A DNA stretch of 64,000 bases, from NCBI GenBank assembly GCA_963798085.1, contig CAWCRS010000007.1, forward strand, positions 1,376,001-1,440,000, given 5' to 3'. This DNA comes from an uncultured Gemmatimonadales bacterium. Lineage in GTDB: Bacteria > Gemmatimonadota > Gemmatimonadetes > Longimicrobiales > RSA9. Positions 42,103-54,914 of this stretch are shown here, piece after piece. Within the stretch, counting starts at the first letter, position 1; each line of letters starts with the position of its first letter. Under the pieces are notes generated by a model. That model saw only the letters and a list, made by a program, of their open reading frames with translations. It was not told the origin of the DNA and did no database searches. Position numbers and translations under genes: made by a program.

Positions 42103-43414
42103 CTATCCTGACGAGCGCGTGCCCAGCCTGATCTTCACCGTCTTCGTTTCGCCCGCGCGCAGGAAACGCACGTCCACCGTGTCGCCCGGCTTGTGCGCAC
42201 GCAGCGCATCGGTGAGTCCCTGCAGGTCCAGCACATCGCGTTCACCGAGCGCGACGATGATGTCGCCCGCCTGAAGGCCGGCCGTCTCCGCAGGTGAGCC
42301 GGGACTCACGCCGGAGAGTCGCACACCGCGTTCCACCGGTGTGAAGTCGGGCACGCTGCCCAGATACGCGCCGTAGCCGCGCGGCTGCTCGCCATTCGCG
42401 GGCGGAGGCGTGCCTGCGCCGCGCACCAGCGTGAGCAGCGGACGTCGCTCGGCTACGCCCGTCACCACATTGGCGACGATCGACGCTACCTTGTCGATGC
42501 CCGGGCCGTCGATCTTCTGCCAGTCATCCGATGGCCGATGGTAATCGCCGTGCACATTGGTGAAGAAGTGCAGCACGGGGATGTCGTGGATGTAGAAGGA
42601 CGTGTGATCGCTCGGACCATAGCCTTCGCCGCGGTACGCCACGGTAACGCCGGCCTTCGTGACGGCCGGCTCGAGCAGGCTGCGCCACTCCTTTGCCGTC
42701 TCGACGCCGTACACGATCAGCGTGCCCGTCGCCAGCCGGCCCACCATGTCCATGTTGATCATGCCGACCATGGTGTCGGCGGGCAGCGTCGGATGCGCGG
42801 CGAACCAGCCGGACCCGAGCAGGCCCTCTTCTTCGCCTGTGAAGGCAACGAACAGGATGCCGCGCGCGGGCGCCATGCCCTTGCTCACACGCGCCGCTAC
42901 ATCGAGCAGCGCCGCCGACGCCGGATGCGTTGTCATCCGCGCCGTTGTGAATGCTGTCGCTGCCCGGCGCGAGCGAGCCCGGGCCGCCGCGGCCGAGATG
43001 GTCGTAGTGCGCGCCGATCACGACCAGCTCGCGGCGCAGCACAGGATCGGATCCGGGCAGCAGAGCGACGACGTTCCGACCGGTGCCGTGCAGATGCGGA
43101 TTCAGTGAACTGGCCAGCGTGAACGACTGGAACCAGGTGCCGGCGTCGCCCGCAGGCTGCAGGCCCAGCGCGTGGAATGACGCCGCGATGAAATCGCCGG
43201 CACAACGCTCACCCGCTGTTCCTGCCATGCGGCCTTCGAGCGCATCATCGGCGAGGTAGCGCACGACCGAGAGCGGCGGCGAGAATCCCGCCGTCAGGCG
43301 ATTCGCATCGGGACACGACTGCGCCGCCGCGGCGGGTGCATGGACAGCGGCTGTAAGGAGAACTCCCATGGCCATCAGGGCGATCTGCCCTACAGACCGC
43401 TTCATTATTCGCAT
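42103..43414 (-). CDS. Exported M28 peptidase with C-terminal PDZ domain (apparent +1 frameshift near 42917)
   Basis: Signal peptide; [33 protein letters not shown] and SDHTSF; PDZ with [16 protein letters not shown]. Confidence 0.88.
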
Positions 43415-43477
43415 CTTCTTCTCCTGCTGCATCCTGCAGGACTCGACAGTGGGGACGAACCGCCCTATTCTACCCGC

Positions 43478-44601
43478 ATGAAAGCAATCGCGACAGCCGC
43501 GCTGGCCCTGCTGGCGGCCTGCGGCGCTCCGGACGCCAGGCGGTCGTCGCAGACGCCGCCCGCGTCGCCCGCACCCGATGCCGCGCTCACCGGCGCCACG
43601 CCGTTCACTGCTGATCCGGTGGAACCCCATCTCACCAATCTGCGTCAGCTGACACACGGCGGTGAGAATGCCGAGGCGTATTTCTCGGCGGACGGCAAAC
43701 AGCTGATCTTCCAGCACACGGAACCGCCGGCCACGCCCTGCGACCAGATGTTCGTGATGAACCTGGACGGCACGAACGTGCGCCGCGTTTCCAACGGGCA
43801 GGGCCGCACGACGTGCGGTTATTTCTTCGCGCACGACCAGCGCATTTTCTACGCATCCACGTACGGCAGCGGGCCCGATTGCCCGGCGCCGCCCGACCGC
43901 AGCCGCGGCTACGTGTGGGGTCTCTTCGACTACGACATCTGATTCGGCGAACGTGGACGGCAGCGACATTCAGCGGCTCACGAACACGCCGGGCTACGAT
44001 GCGGAAGGCACGCTCTCGCCCGATGGCAGAACCATCGTGTTCACATCCGTGCGCGATGGCGACCTCGACATTTACACGATGAACATTGATGGCAGCAATG
44101 TGCGCCGGCTCACGAGCGAGCCGGGCTACGATGGCGGGCCGTTCTTCTCGCCCGATGGCACGAAGATCGTGTACCGCGCGCACCACCCGACGGACTCGAC
44201 GGAGCTGGCCGACTATCGCGCGCTGCTGAAGGCCGGGCTGGTGCGCCCGGGCAAGCTCGCGCATCTGCATCATGGACGTGGACGGTGGCAACAAACACGA
44301 AGTTACGGACGAGGTCGGCGCCGACTTCGCACCCTATTTCCATCCCGATGGCAAGCGCATCATCTTCGCCTCGAACCGCCGTGATCCGCAGGGACGCAAC
44401 TTCGATCTGTACATGGTGAACGTGGATGGAACCGGGCTGGAGCAGCTCACGGTGTCTCCCGAGTTCGACGGCTTCCCCATGTTCAGCCCGGACGGGAAGC
44501 AGCTCGTATTCGCATCGAATCGGGGCGGGTCGAAACCGGGAGAGACGAACATCTTCCTGGCGGACTGGATCGACAAGCCGCCCTCCGTGCAGTCCCGTTG
44601 A
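43478..44601 (+). CDS. TolB-like PD40 beta-propeller lipoprotein (apparent frameshifts near 43941 and 44262)
   Basis: Lipobox LAAC; repeats [26 protein letters not shown] and FPMFSPDG spread over three frames. Confidence 0.82.
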
Positions 44602-44686
44602 GGAGAATCGGTCGCGGCAGGTGCGAGGCGCACCGGCGGTGACCCGCGCGCACGTTCGCGCCTGAACCAGGGAATGTGGAGGCATC

Positions 44687-45835
44687 ATGCAGGTGGGCGT
44701 CCCGAAAGAAACCCAGCCGGATGAACACCGTGTCGCGCTGGTGCCGGAGAGCGTCGGCAAACTGAACAAGGCCGGTCTGGCCATCGCGGTGCAGGCGGGC
44801 GCCGGTCTGAGCGCGGGCTTCGAGGACAAGGCATACACGCAGGCGGGCGCCACACTGTTGCCGGACGCCGCCAGCCTGCTGGGCGGATCGGATCTCGTGC
44901 TCAAGGTGCGCCCGCCCCGCTACGAAGGCGCGGACTCGGAAGTGGCGCGCATGCGGGCGGGCGGCGTGCTGATCGGTTTCCTCGATCCGCTCACCTCGCC
45001 GGCCCTGCTGCGCGCCCTTGCCGAACACAACATTACAGCGTTCGCCATGGAACTGATTCCACGCATCACGCGCGCGCAGAGCATGGACGCGCTGTCGTCG
45101 CAGGCCACCGCCGCCGGCTACAAGGCCGTGCTGCTCGCCGCCGACGCCAGCAGCAAGTTCTTTCCCATGCTCATGACCGCGGCCGGCACCATCCCGCCGG
45201 CGCGCGTGCTCGATGCTGGGCGCGGGCGTCGCCGGGCTGCAGGCGATCGCCACGGCGCGCCGGCTGGGCGCCGTCGTGGAAGGCTACGATGTACGGCCCG
45301 AAGTGAAGGAGCAGGTGGAGAGCCTGGGCGCGCGCTGGGTGGGGCTGGCCATGGAAGAGGCGGTGGGCGCGGGCGGCTACGCGAAGGAAGTCTCGGCGGA
45401 TGCACAGCGCAAGGCGCTCGAGCACCTGCACAAGCACGTCACCGATGCCGACGTCGTGATCACCACCGCCGCGATTCCGGGACGGCGCTGCGCCCATCCT
45501 CATCACGGATGAGATGGTCGCGGGCATGCGCCCCGGCTCCGTCATCGTGGACCTGGCGGCGGAAGGCGGCGGCAACAGCACGAAGACCGTGGCCGGCAGG
45601 ACCGTCGACGTCGGCGGCGTGCTCGATCATCGGCACGCTCAACCTGGCCAGCACGGTGGCGCAGCACGCCAGTCAGATGTACTCGCGCAACCTCACTACA
45701 CTGGTGCAGCACCTGGTGCAGGACGGATCGATAACGCTGAACCTGGAGGACGAGATCACCAGCGGCTCCCTCGTGACCCACGGCGGCGAAATCGTCAATG
45801 CGCGGGTGCGCGCACTGGCGACGGCCGCAACCTGA
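44687..45835 (+). CDS. pntA: NAD(P) transhydrogenase alpha subunit, domain I (three +1 shifts near 45212, 45489 and 45624)
   Basis: GVPKE..EHRVAL, PRITRAQSMDALSSQ, GAGVAGLQAIATA, DVVITTAAIPG and VIVDLAAEGGGN. Confidence 0.9.
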   Translation: MQVGVPKETQPDEHRVALVPESVGKLNKAGLAIAVQAGAGLSAGFEDKAYTQAGATLLPDAASLLGGSDLVLKVRPPRYEGADSEVARMRAGGVLIGFLDPLTSPALLRALAEHNITAFAMELIPRITRAQSMDALSSQATAAGYKAVLLAADASSKFFPMLMTAAGTIPPARVLDAGRGRRRAAGDRHGAPAGRRRGRLRCTARSEGAGGEPGRALGGAGHGRGGGRGRLREGSLGGCTAQGARAPAQARHRCRRRDHHRRDSGTALRPSSSRMRWSRACAPAPSSWTWRRKAAATARRPWPAGPSTSAACSIIGTLNLASTVAQHASQMYSRNLTTLVQHLVQDGSITLNLEDEITSGSLVTHGGEIVNARVRALATAAT

Positions 45836-45866
45836 GTTCACCCGTTCCGCGAGAACTGATCGTCCG

Positions 45867-46160
45867 ATGCAAGGAATCCTGGTTTCACTCTACGTCTTCG
45901 TGCTCGCCATCTTCGAAGGCTTCGAAGTCATCTCGAAGGTGCCGCAGATGCTGCACACGCCACTCATGTCCGGATCCAATGCCATTTCCGGCATCACCGT
46001 GGTCGGCGCCATCGTGGTGGCCGGCCGCGTGGAATCGCCGCTGAGCACGGCGCTCGCCGTCGTTGCCGTGGCCTTCGCCATGATCAATGTGGTGGGCGGC
46101 TTCCTGGTCACCGATCGCATGCTGCAGATGTTCAAGGCCAGGACGGGTCCGGCGAAATGA
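45867..46160 (+). CDS. NAD(P) transhydrogenase alpha subunit, membrane part (PntAB)
   Basis: LHTPLMSGSNAISG and NVVGGFLVTDRMLQMF. Confidence 0.92.
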   Translation: MQGILVSLYVFVLAIFEGFEVISKVPQMLHTPLMSGSNAISGITVVGAIVVAGRVESPLSTALAVVAVAFAMINVVGGFLVTDRMLQMFKARTGPAK

Positions 46161-47570
46161 ACACACTGACCGGGTTTCTCCCATCCGCCATCGAGCTGGC
46201 ATATCTCACGGCGGCTGTCTTCTTCATCCTGGGGCTCAAACGGCTGGGTTCACCGCGCACGGCCCGCGGCGGCAACATCCTGGGCGCAGTGGGCATGCTC
46301 ATCGCCATTGTGGCGACGCTGCTGCACCACGACATCGTCAGCTTCACGTGGATCGCGGTCGGCATGCTGATCGGAACGGCCATCGGCATATGGCTGGCGA
46401 AGAGCGTGAAGATGACCGCCATGCCGCAGATGGTGGGATTGCTGAACGGCTTCGGCGGCGGCGCATCGCAGCTGGTAGCCGGCGACGAATACCTGCGCTT
46501 CGCTGCCGGCGCGATCCACCCGTCGCTCGATGTGCAGGCCACGATCATGCTGAGCGTGATCATTGGCGCCGTGACCTTTTCCGGTTCCCTCATTGCCTTC
46601 GGCAAGCTGCAGGAGCTGGTGAGCGGCAAGGCCGTGGTGCTGCCGGGGCAGCGCTTCTGGGCGGGCGCCATGTTCGCGGGCATGCTGCTGCTGGCGGGCT
46701 GGCTGGTGTACGCGCCGCCCGACCTGCCGTGGTACGTGGGACTCAACATCGTCGCGCTGGTGCTGGGCATCTTCTTTGTCATGCCCATCGGCGGCGCCGA
46801 CATGCCGGTGGTGATCGCGCTGCTCAATTCCTACTCGGGGCTGGCCGCATCCATGACCGGCTTCGTGCTGGGTAACAACGTGCTGATCATCGCCGGCGCG
46901 CTGGTGGGCGCTTCCGGCATCATTCTCTCCAAGATCATGTGCGATGCCATGAACCGCTCGCTCACGAACGTGCTGTTCGGCGCGTTCGCGCGGCGCAAGG
47001 TCGTGGCCCTGAGCGGCGCCACCGCGGACGGCCGCTCGGTGCGCAGCATCGGTGCGCAGGATGCCGCGGTGCTGCTGGGCTACGCCCGCTCGGTGATCAT
47101 CGTGCCCGGCTACGGCCTCGCGGTTTCGCAGGCGCAGCACCAGGTGCGTGAACTGGCCGAGCTGCTCGAGGCGAGGGGCGTCGACGTGAAGTACGCGATC
47201 CACCCGGTGGCCGGCCGCATGCCCGGCCACATGAACGTGCTGCTGGCCGAGGCCAATGTGCCCTACCCGCAGCTCTACGAGAATGGAGGCCATCAATCAG
47301 GACTTCGAGCACACCGATGTCGCGGTGGTGATCGGCGCCAACGACGTGGTCAATCCGGCCGCCCGCCACGACAAGGACAGCCCCATTTACGGCATGCCGA
47401 TTCTGGATGTGGACAAGGCGGCGGCGGTCATTGTCCTGAAGCGCGGCATGAATCCGGGGTTCGCGGGCATCGAGAACGAGCTGTTCTACAACGACTCGAC
47501 GCGCATGCTGTTCGGTGATGCACGCAAGTCGCTGCTCGCCGTGATCCACGAGCTGAAGACAGGCATCTAG
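46157..47570 (+). CDS. pntB: NAD(P) transhydrogenase beta subunit (apparent +1 frameshift near 47282)
   Basis: MTAMPQMV, IGGADMPVVI, PGYGLAV, HPVAGRMPGHMNVLLAEA and GANDVVNP. Confidence 0.94.
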
Positions 47571-47643
47571 GCTTGAATGCTAACGCGGTGTTCAGCGGCT
47601 CGCGGCGCCGCGCCGGATCCCGTGCAGCCCGGGCCGGCGGGGC

Positions 47644-48339
47644 GTGACTGCGCCCGCGCTCGAGCTGAGCGGCGTGGCCCGTCGCTTCGGCCGCCGTTGG
47701 GCATTGCGTGGCGTAGACCTGGTCTCACCGCCCGGCGTGGTCATTGCCCTGACCGGCCGCAACGGCAGCGGCAAGACCACGCTGCTCCGCATCTGCGCGA
47801 CGCTGCTGCGCCCCACGCGCGGCACGGGCACCCTGTTCGGGCAGGACCTGGTGCGGGGCGCCGCCCGCCTGCGCGGCCACGTCGGTTTCCTGGCCCACGA
47901 GACCGGACTCTACGGCAATCTCACCGCGGAGGAGAACCTGGTGTTCTCCCTGCGCATGAGCGGCATGCACGCGGACCACGCGCAGATCACGCGCGTGCTG
48001 GAGGAGGTGGGTCTGCTGCGCGAGCGCCACGAGCGTGCGCGTGGATTCTCATCCGGCATGCGCCGGCGCCTGGCGCTGGCTCGCCTGCTGTTGCGGCCGC
48101 CCGCGCTGCTGCTGCTGGACGAGCCCTACGCCAGCTTCGACGTCGAGGGTGTCGAGCAGGTGAACCGTTTCGCGGCGCGCATTGGCGCCGGCGGCGGCAT
48201 CGTGCTGGTCGCCACCCACGATCTGCGGCGTGCGGAGCCGATTGTGCAGCGCGAGGTGCACCTCGAGAACGGCCGCGTGGCGGCGCCCGCAACTGCGGAG
48301 AACGCCCCCGTCGAGGCCATGGCGGGGGAATCGTCATGA
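47644..48339 (+). CDS. ccmA: Heme ABC exporter ATPase
   Basis: GRNGSGKTT, FSSGMRRR and LLDEP; first gene of the ccm cluster. Confidence 0.88.
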   Translation: MTAPALELSGVARRFGRRWALRGVDLVSPPGVVIALTGRNGSGKTTLLRICATLLRPTRGTGTLFGQDLVRGAARLRGHVGFLAHETGLYGNLTAEENLVFSLRMSGMHADHAQITRVLEEVGLLRERHERARGFSSGMRRRLALARLLLRPPALLLLDEPYASFDVEGVEQVNRFAARIGAGGGIVLVATHDLRRAEPIVQREVHLENGRVAAPATAENAPVEAMAGESS

Positions 48340-49082
48340 GCCCGGAGAGCGCCGCGATCGCCGCCTCATGGCCGGCAACGGTCGGAGCCGAACCGGCCGG
48401 CCTGCGGTACGAGACCGGGCGGGTGGCCGCGATCCTGTGGAAGGACATCACCGTCGAGTGGCGGGCCCGCGCCAATTTCAACGCCATCGCGTTCCTGGCC
48501 GGGCTCATCCTGCTGCTGTTCGGCTTTGCGCTGGGTCCTGATGCGGACGCGCTGCGCGCCGCGGCGGCGGGCGCCATCTGGCTGACCGTCCTGTTCAGCG
48601 GCGTGCTGTCCTTCAATCGCGCGTACGAGCAGGAACTGGAAAATGGCGCGCTCGATACACTACTGCTCTATCCGGGCGACCGTCGCTCGCTCTTCCTCGG
48701 GAAGCTGCTCGCGAATCTGATCTTCGTGCTGCTGGTGGAAGTGATCATGGTACCGGCCGCCGGCATTCTGTACGACCTGCCACTCTGGGGTGTCGTGCTG
48801 CCGCTCGCGGTCATCGTGACGCTGGGCACGGTGGGGTTCGTCACGCTGGGTACGTTCTACTCCGCGATGGCCAGCCGCATCCGTGCGCGCGAGGTGATGC
48901 TGCCCCTGCTGCTCTTCCCCATGCTGGTCCCGCTCCTGGTGGGCGCCGTCGAGGCCACGCGTGACGCACTCAACGGCAACATCATGGGTAACATGGGCGG
49001 CTGGATCAAACTGCTGGTAGTTTTCGACGTTATCTTCCTGCTGGCCGCGCTGCTGGCGTTTCAGCACGTGATCGAGGAGTGA
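48336..49082 (+). CDS. ccmB: Heme exporter membrane protein B
   Basis: WKDITVEWR, ELENGALDTL and REVMLPLLLFPM. Confidence 0.9.
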   Translation: MSPESAAIAASWPATVGAEPAGLRYETGRVAAILWKDITVEWRARANFNAIAFLAGLILLLFGFALGPDADALRAAAAGAIWLTVLFSGVLSFNRAYEQELENGALDTLLLYPGDRRSLFLGKLLANLIFVLLVEVIMVPAAGILYDLPLWGVVLPLAVIVTLGTVGFVTLGTFYSAMASRIRAREVMLPLLLFPMLVPLLVGAVEATRDALNGNIMGNMGGWIKLLVVFDVIFLLAALLAFQHVIEE

Positions 49083-49084
49083 GA

Positions 49085-49858
49085 ATGCAGACTGAAACAG
49101 CGGTAACGGTGGGCCAGATCATCGTGGGGCTGGGCCTGCTCGTTGCCCTCTTCGGCCTGTGGGTGGTGCGCCAGCCGGGACGCATCAGGGCATGGGGCTG
49201 GTTCGCCTTCCTGTTCCTGATCGCTTCCGAAGGCGTGAGCTTCCTCATCTCGCCGCCCGACCGCGACATGGGCAACCTCGAGAAGATCCTCTACGTGCAC
49301 GTGCCCGCCGCGTGGAGCTTCATGATCGCGTTCCTCGTGGTCTTCATCTACAGCGTGATGTATTTCTGGAAGGGCGATGAGCGCCACGATGCCCTGGCCG
49401 CTGCTGCCGCCGAAGCCGGCACCGTGTTCACGGCGCTGCTGCTGCCGCTGGGCATGATCTGGGCGCGGCCCACCTGGGGCATCTGGTGGACCTGGGACCC
49501 CCGCCTCACCACCACGGCCATCACACTGCTGATCTACGTGGGCTATTTCGCGCTGCGCTCGTTCACTGATGACGATGAACGGCGCGCCCGCTGGAGCGCG
49601 GCCGTGGGCATCCTCGGCTTCATCAATGTGGGCATCGTGTACATGTCGGTGAAGTGGTGGCGCACATTGCACCAGATGCAGTCCACGCCGGACACGGTGG
49701 CGCCGCAGTACGTGGTGGGGCTGCGGCTCAACGCCTGGGCGTTCATCTATCTGCTGACATACTTCGTGGCCCGGCGCTACAACATTGCGCGCACCGAGCG
49801 TGCAGCCGAGGCCAGAATGGAAGAGCGGGCGCTCGCGGGAGATGTGGCACATGTCTGA
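49085..49858 (+). CDS. ccmC: Heme exporter protein C
   Basis: YVHVP, WARPTWGIWWTWDPRLT and WWRTLHQ. Alternative GTG start at 49079. Confidence 0.93.
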   Translation: MQTETAVTVGQIIVGLGLLVALFGLWVVRQPGRIRAWGWFAFLFLIASEGVSFLISPPDRDMGNLEKILYVHVPAAWSFMIAFLVVFIYSVMYFWKGDERHDALAAAAAEAGTVFTALLLPLGMIWARPTWGIWWTWDPRLTTTAITLLIYVGYFALRSFTDDDERRARWSAAVGILGFINVGIVYMSVKWWRTLHQMQSTPDTVAPQYVVGLRLNAWAFIYLLTYFVARRYNIARTERAAEARMEERALAGDVAHV

Positions 49859-49997
49859 GGAGTGGCGATACATCGGCGCAGCATACATCCTGACCTGGAC
49901 CGTTCTGTCGGTGTACACGCTGTACCTGCACCGGCGGGCGAGACGGGCGCAGCAGGAACTCGAAGCGGCAACAGCACGCAGCGGAGGCGCAGCATGA
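49851..49997 (+). CDS. ccmD: CcmD-like small membrane protein
   Basis: 48 aa; YIGAAY TM segment plus charged tail; overlaps ccmC and ccmE. Confidence 0.72.
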   Translation: MSEEWRYIGAAYILTWTVLSVYTLYLHRRARRAQQELEAATARSGGAA

Positions 49998-50449
49998 TCA
50001 AGCTCAGGAACACCCGCGTGGGTGTGGTGATCGCGGTCGTGGTCATACTGCTGGGATTCGGGTACCTGATGTCGGGCGGCATCAGCAACAACCTGGTCTA
50101 CTTCTTCACGCCCGGTGAGCTGCTGGCCAAGGGCTCGAGCGCGTACGACAAGCCGGTGCGGCTGGGTGGACTGGTTGCGCCTAACAGCGTACACTGGGAT
50201 GCACAGGCGCTCGATCTGCGCTTCACAGTGCAGGACGAGGACGGCAAGACCATCGCGGTGCACGCGCCCAAGGCGCCGCCGCAGATGTTCCGCGAGGGCA
50301 TTGGCGTGGTGGTGGAAGGGCGCATGACCCCGGCCGGCGTCTTCGAGTCGACCGGCCTGATGGTCAAGCACTCGAACGAGTACCGCCCCCCCACGCACGG
50401 CGAGAATCCTGAGAAGCTCTACAAGACACTGGTGCGTGACGGCAGCTGA
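49994..50449 (+). CDS. ccmE: Heme chaperone
   Basis: NLVYFFTP, VRLGGLV, MFREGIGVVVEG and KHSNEY (HxxxY). Confidence 0.93.
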   Translation: MIKLRNTRVGVVIAVVVILLGFGYLMSGGISNNLVYFFTPGELLAKGSSAYDKPVRLGGLVAPNSVHWDAQALDLRFTVQDEDGKTIAVHAPKAPPQMFREGIGVVVEGRMTPAGVFESTGLMVKHSNEYRPPTHGENPEKLYKTLVRDGS

Positions 50450-50467
50450 ACCCGGGAGGCAGTAGTC

Positions 50468-52455
<1,988 letters not shown>

Positions 52456-52459
<4 letters not shown>

Positions 52460-52995
52460 ACTGGCGACGCTCCTCCATCGGCCTGGCCATTGCGCTGCCC
52501 ATCGTGCTGCTCCTGGCCTACGGACTGAAGCGCGATCCGACCACCATCGTTTCGCCGCTGCCCGGCAAGCCCGCGCCCACGTTCGCGCTCAAACCCATGG
52601 ACGCCGACACCACCATTTCGCTGAGTGGTCTGCACGGTCGTGTGGTCGTGGTCAACTTCTGGGCGTCGTGGTGCATCCCCTGCCGCGACGAGCATCCCCA
52701 GCTGATGGCCGCCAACCAGCGCTGGGCGAAGGAGGGTGTGCAGTTCATTGGCGTGCTCTACAACGACACACGGGACAACGCGAAGCAGTGGCTGGACGGG
52801 TTCGGCGGCGCGGAGTGGCCCACACTGCTGGATCCGGGCGGCCGCACTGCGATCGACTACGGCGTCTACGGCGTGCCCGAGACGTTCGTGATTGACCAGA
52901 ATGGCGTCGTCGTGCACAAGCAGCTCAGCGTCATGACGGTCGATGTCATGCAGCAGGTGCTCGAGCCGCTGCTCGCAAAGAGCGCCGATCAGTAA
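52456..52995 (+). CDS. ccmG: Thiol:disulfide oxidoreductase CcmG/DsbE
   Basis: NFWASWCIPC and YGVYGVPETF. Confidence 0.88.
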
Positions 52996-53501
52996 TGCGG
53001 GCTGCCGCGCTGCTCCTCACACTGGTGCAGGCGACGACGCCCGTCGCGTCGCCGGCGCCGTCCCCGGGCGGTGCCGCCAGTACGCCGCAGGTGGTGGGAG
53101 AAACGCGTGTCGACAGTCTGACCAAACAGATCGCAGCGCAGCTGCGCTGTCCCGTGTGTCAGGGACTCTCTCTGCAGGATTCGCCATCCGAGCTGGCGCA
53201 GGAGATGCGCAATGTGATCCGCGAGAAGGTGACAGCCGGCGAGTCGCCGCGGCAGATCAAGGCCTACTTCGTTTCCAAGTACGGCGAATTCATTCTGCTC
53301 GCACCCGAAGCCCGCGGCTTCAACCTCGCCGTGTACCTGCTGCCCATTGTTTCCGTCCTGATCGGCGCCGGCGTCATCACCTTCGCCGTGCGGCGCTGGA
53401 TGGCCAGCACGCCGCCAGGCGGGCCAGTGCCTGGAAACAAGTCGGAAGTCGAGCCGGAATTCGAACCCTGGGAAGACACGGCCGGCGAGCGCAGGGACTG
53501 A
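52995..53501 (+). CDS. ccmH: Cytochrome c biogenesis protein CcmH
   Basis: LRCPVCQG and YFVSKYGEFIL. Confidence 0.88.
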   Translation: MRAAALLLTLVQATTPVASPAPSPGGAASTPQVVGETRVDSLTKQIAAQLRCPVCQGLSLQDSPSELAQEMRNVIREKVTAGESPRQIKAYFVSKYGEFILLAPEARGFNLAVYLLPIVSVLIGAGVITFAVRRWMASTPPGGPVPGNKSEVEPEFEPWEDTAGERRD

Positions 53502-53525
53502 CGCCGTGTTTGCCGCGCCGCCCGC

Positions 53526-54449
53526 TCAGTCGCCGGGGTCCGCGCCCTGGATGGGATCGCGTGCCCGGCCCAGCAGTCGCTGCGTGCGCAGGCTGATCTG
53601 CTGGCCCATCCACACGAATGGCAGCATCTGCTGCTTGATGAAGCTGGTGGGAATCTCTTCCGTGATGCCGTACGCCGTCGGCTGATCCTTGGGATCGTAG
53701 TAGAAGGTGCCGAACACCAGATCCCAGAGCATGAAGGTGTTGCCGAAGTTCGTGTCGTAGTGGCGAGGATCGATCGAGTGGTGCACGCGATGCGCCTGCG
53801 GCGTCGAGATCAGGTACGCCAGCCGACCCATGTCCACGCGAATGTTCGAGTGCCCCAGCACATCGATGACCTTGAAGATGATGCCGAACGGCGCGACCAG
53901 ATCCGTGCCCAGCGCCAGCGTCGCGATCACGTGACTCGGCGTTTGCAGCAGCGTCTCCAGCAGGTGTTTGTGATAGACAGAGCTGTAGTTCAGGTTCTGC
54001 GCCGAGTGGTGAATCTTGTGGATGTGCCATAGCAGCGGGACGCGGTGCATCAGCCGGTGCGCCCAGTAGGCCGTGAACGTTACCACCAGCACCGCGACGA
54101 TCATGTAGACAGGCAACGGCAGCAGACGATCGAGGTGCGCCGACGGCAGCCCCAGGTACAGCCAGCCTTTGCGCAGCGCCGGCGTCACGATGAGCGAGTA
54201 CACCCCCATCTTCCCGGCCAGTGCGAGATAGGTACCGCTCAGCAGGGTGGCCCGATTCCACGGCCGGCGTTCCTGCGGGATGACCAGCTCGAGTATGCCC
54301 AGACCCACCAGCACGAACCCATAGCCGTAGCCCGGCACCACCAGCCAGCGGAAAAACTGGAAATCCTTCGGCGGCAGCCAGGCAGGACTGAACACCCAGC
54401 CTACCGCGAGCTCGAACGCCCGGAAGACTGAATGGATCAGGTCCGCCAT
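53526..54449 (-). CDS. Sterol desaturase / fatty acid hydroxylase family protein
   Basis: His boxes HRLMH, HKIHH, GHSN and HRVHH; NFGN..WDLVFGT. Confidence 0.9.
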   Translation of the reverse strand: MADLIHSVFRAFELAVGWVFSPAWLPPKDFQFFRWLVVPGYGYGFVLVGLGILELVIPQERRPWNRATLLSGTYLALAGKMGVYSLIVTPALRKGWLYLGLPSAHLDRLLPLPVYMIVAVLVVTFTAYWAHRLMHRVPLLWHIHKIHHSAQNLNYSSVYHKHLLETLLQTPSHVIATLALGTDLVAPFGIIFKVIDVLGHSNIRVDMGRLAYLISTPQAHRVHHSIDPRHYDTNFGNTFMLWDLVFGTFYYDPKDQPTAYGITEEIPTSFIKQQMLPFVWMGQQISLRTQRLLGRARDPIQGADPGD

Positions 54450-54714
54450 CAGCGGTACTCCAGCGATCGTGTCACGAGAAACGCAGAACCCCCACGGTCA
54501 TACGCAGTATCGGGCGCGGCACTGCAGAGACCGTACCGGCCCGGATTGCGAAGTCCAGGGCGATACACGTGCTGGCTGCCCGGGCAGGTTGCGCGGAAAA
54601 AGTCCCGGCAACTCGCGATGGCCGTGGGTTCATGGGGCTTCATGACCCAACCCCACGGTCGTCCCGCCACCTGGCGGTGCGGCCGGGCGACAGCGCCCGT
54701 CGCGCGGACACAAC

Positions 54715-54904
54715 GTTGAATCGGCCACCGCACCATTCCCGCAGCCATCGTGCGCGTCGTTACCGCAACCAGCAGGCAGCAGCGCCAGCGCCGCCGTTAA
54801 TCTGTTCACGCCGTTCCCGAGCCACCAGCCCCAGCCACCAGCCCCAGCACGCAGTCAGAATCCGTCAATTCCCAGCCCGAGCCCGAGCCCCAGCTCCAGA
54901 AACG
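54715..54904 (+). repeat. Degenerate ~60-bp intergenic repeat family, locus A (2 clear units and 1 decayed)
   Basis: Core 54810-54849 is 37/40 identical to the reverse complement of 61498-61537. Confidence 0.75.
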
Positions 54905-54914
54905 TACTTCCGCG

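Noticed and set aside
43930..43960. Selenocysteine UGA readthrough in the PD40 gene
   Set aside because: The coding sequence continues in another frame; removing one base gives YDIYSANVDG, so this is an indel.
30400..44600. Genomic island integrated at tRNA-Ser
   Set aside because: No integrase and no convincing repeat of the tRNA 3' end. The short match near 30675-30686 is the complement of an RBS.
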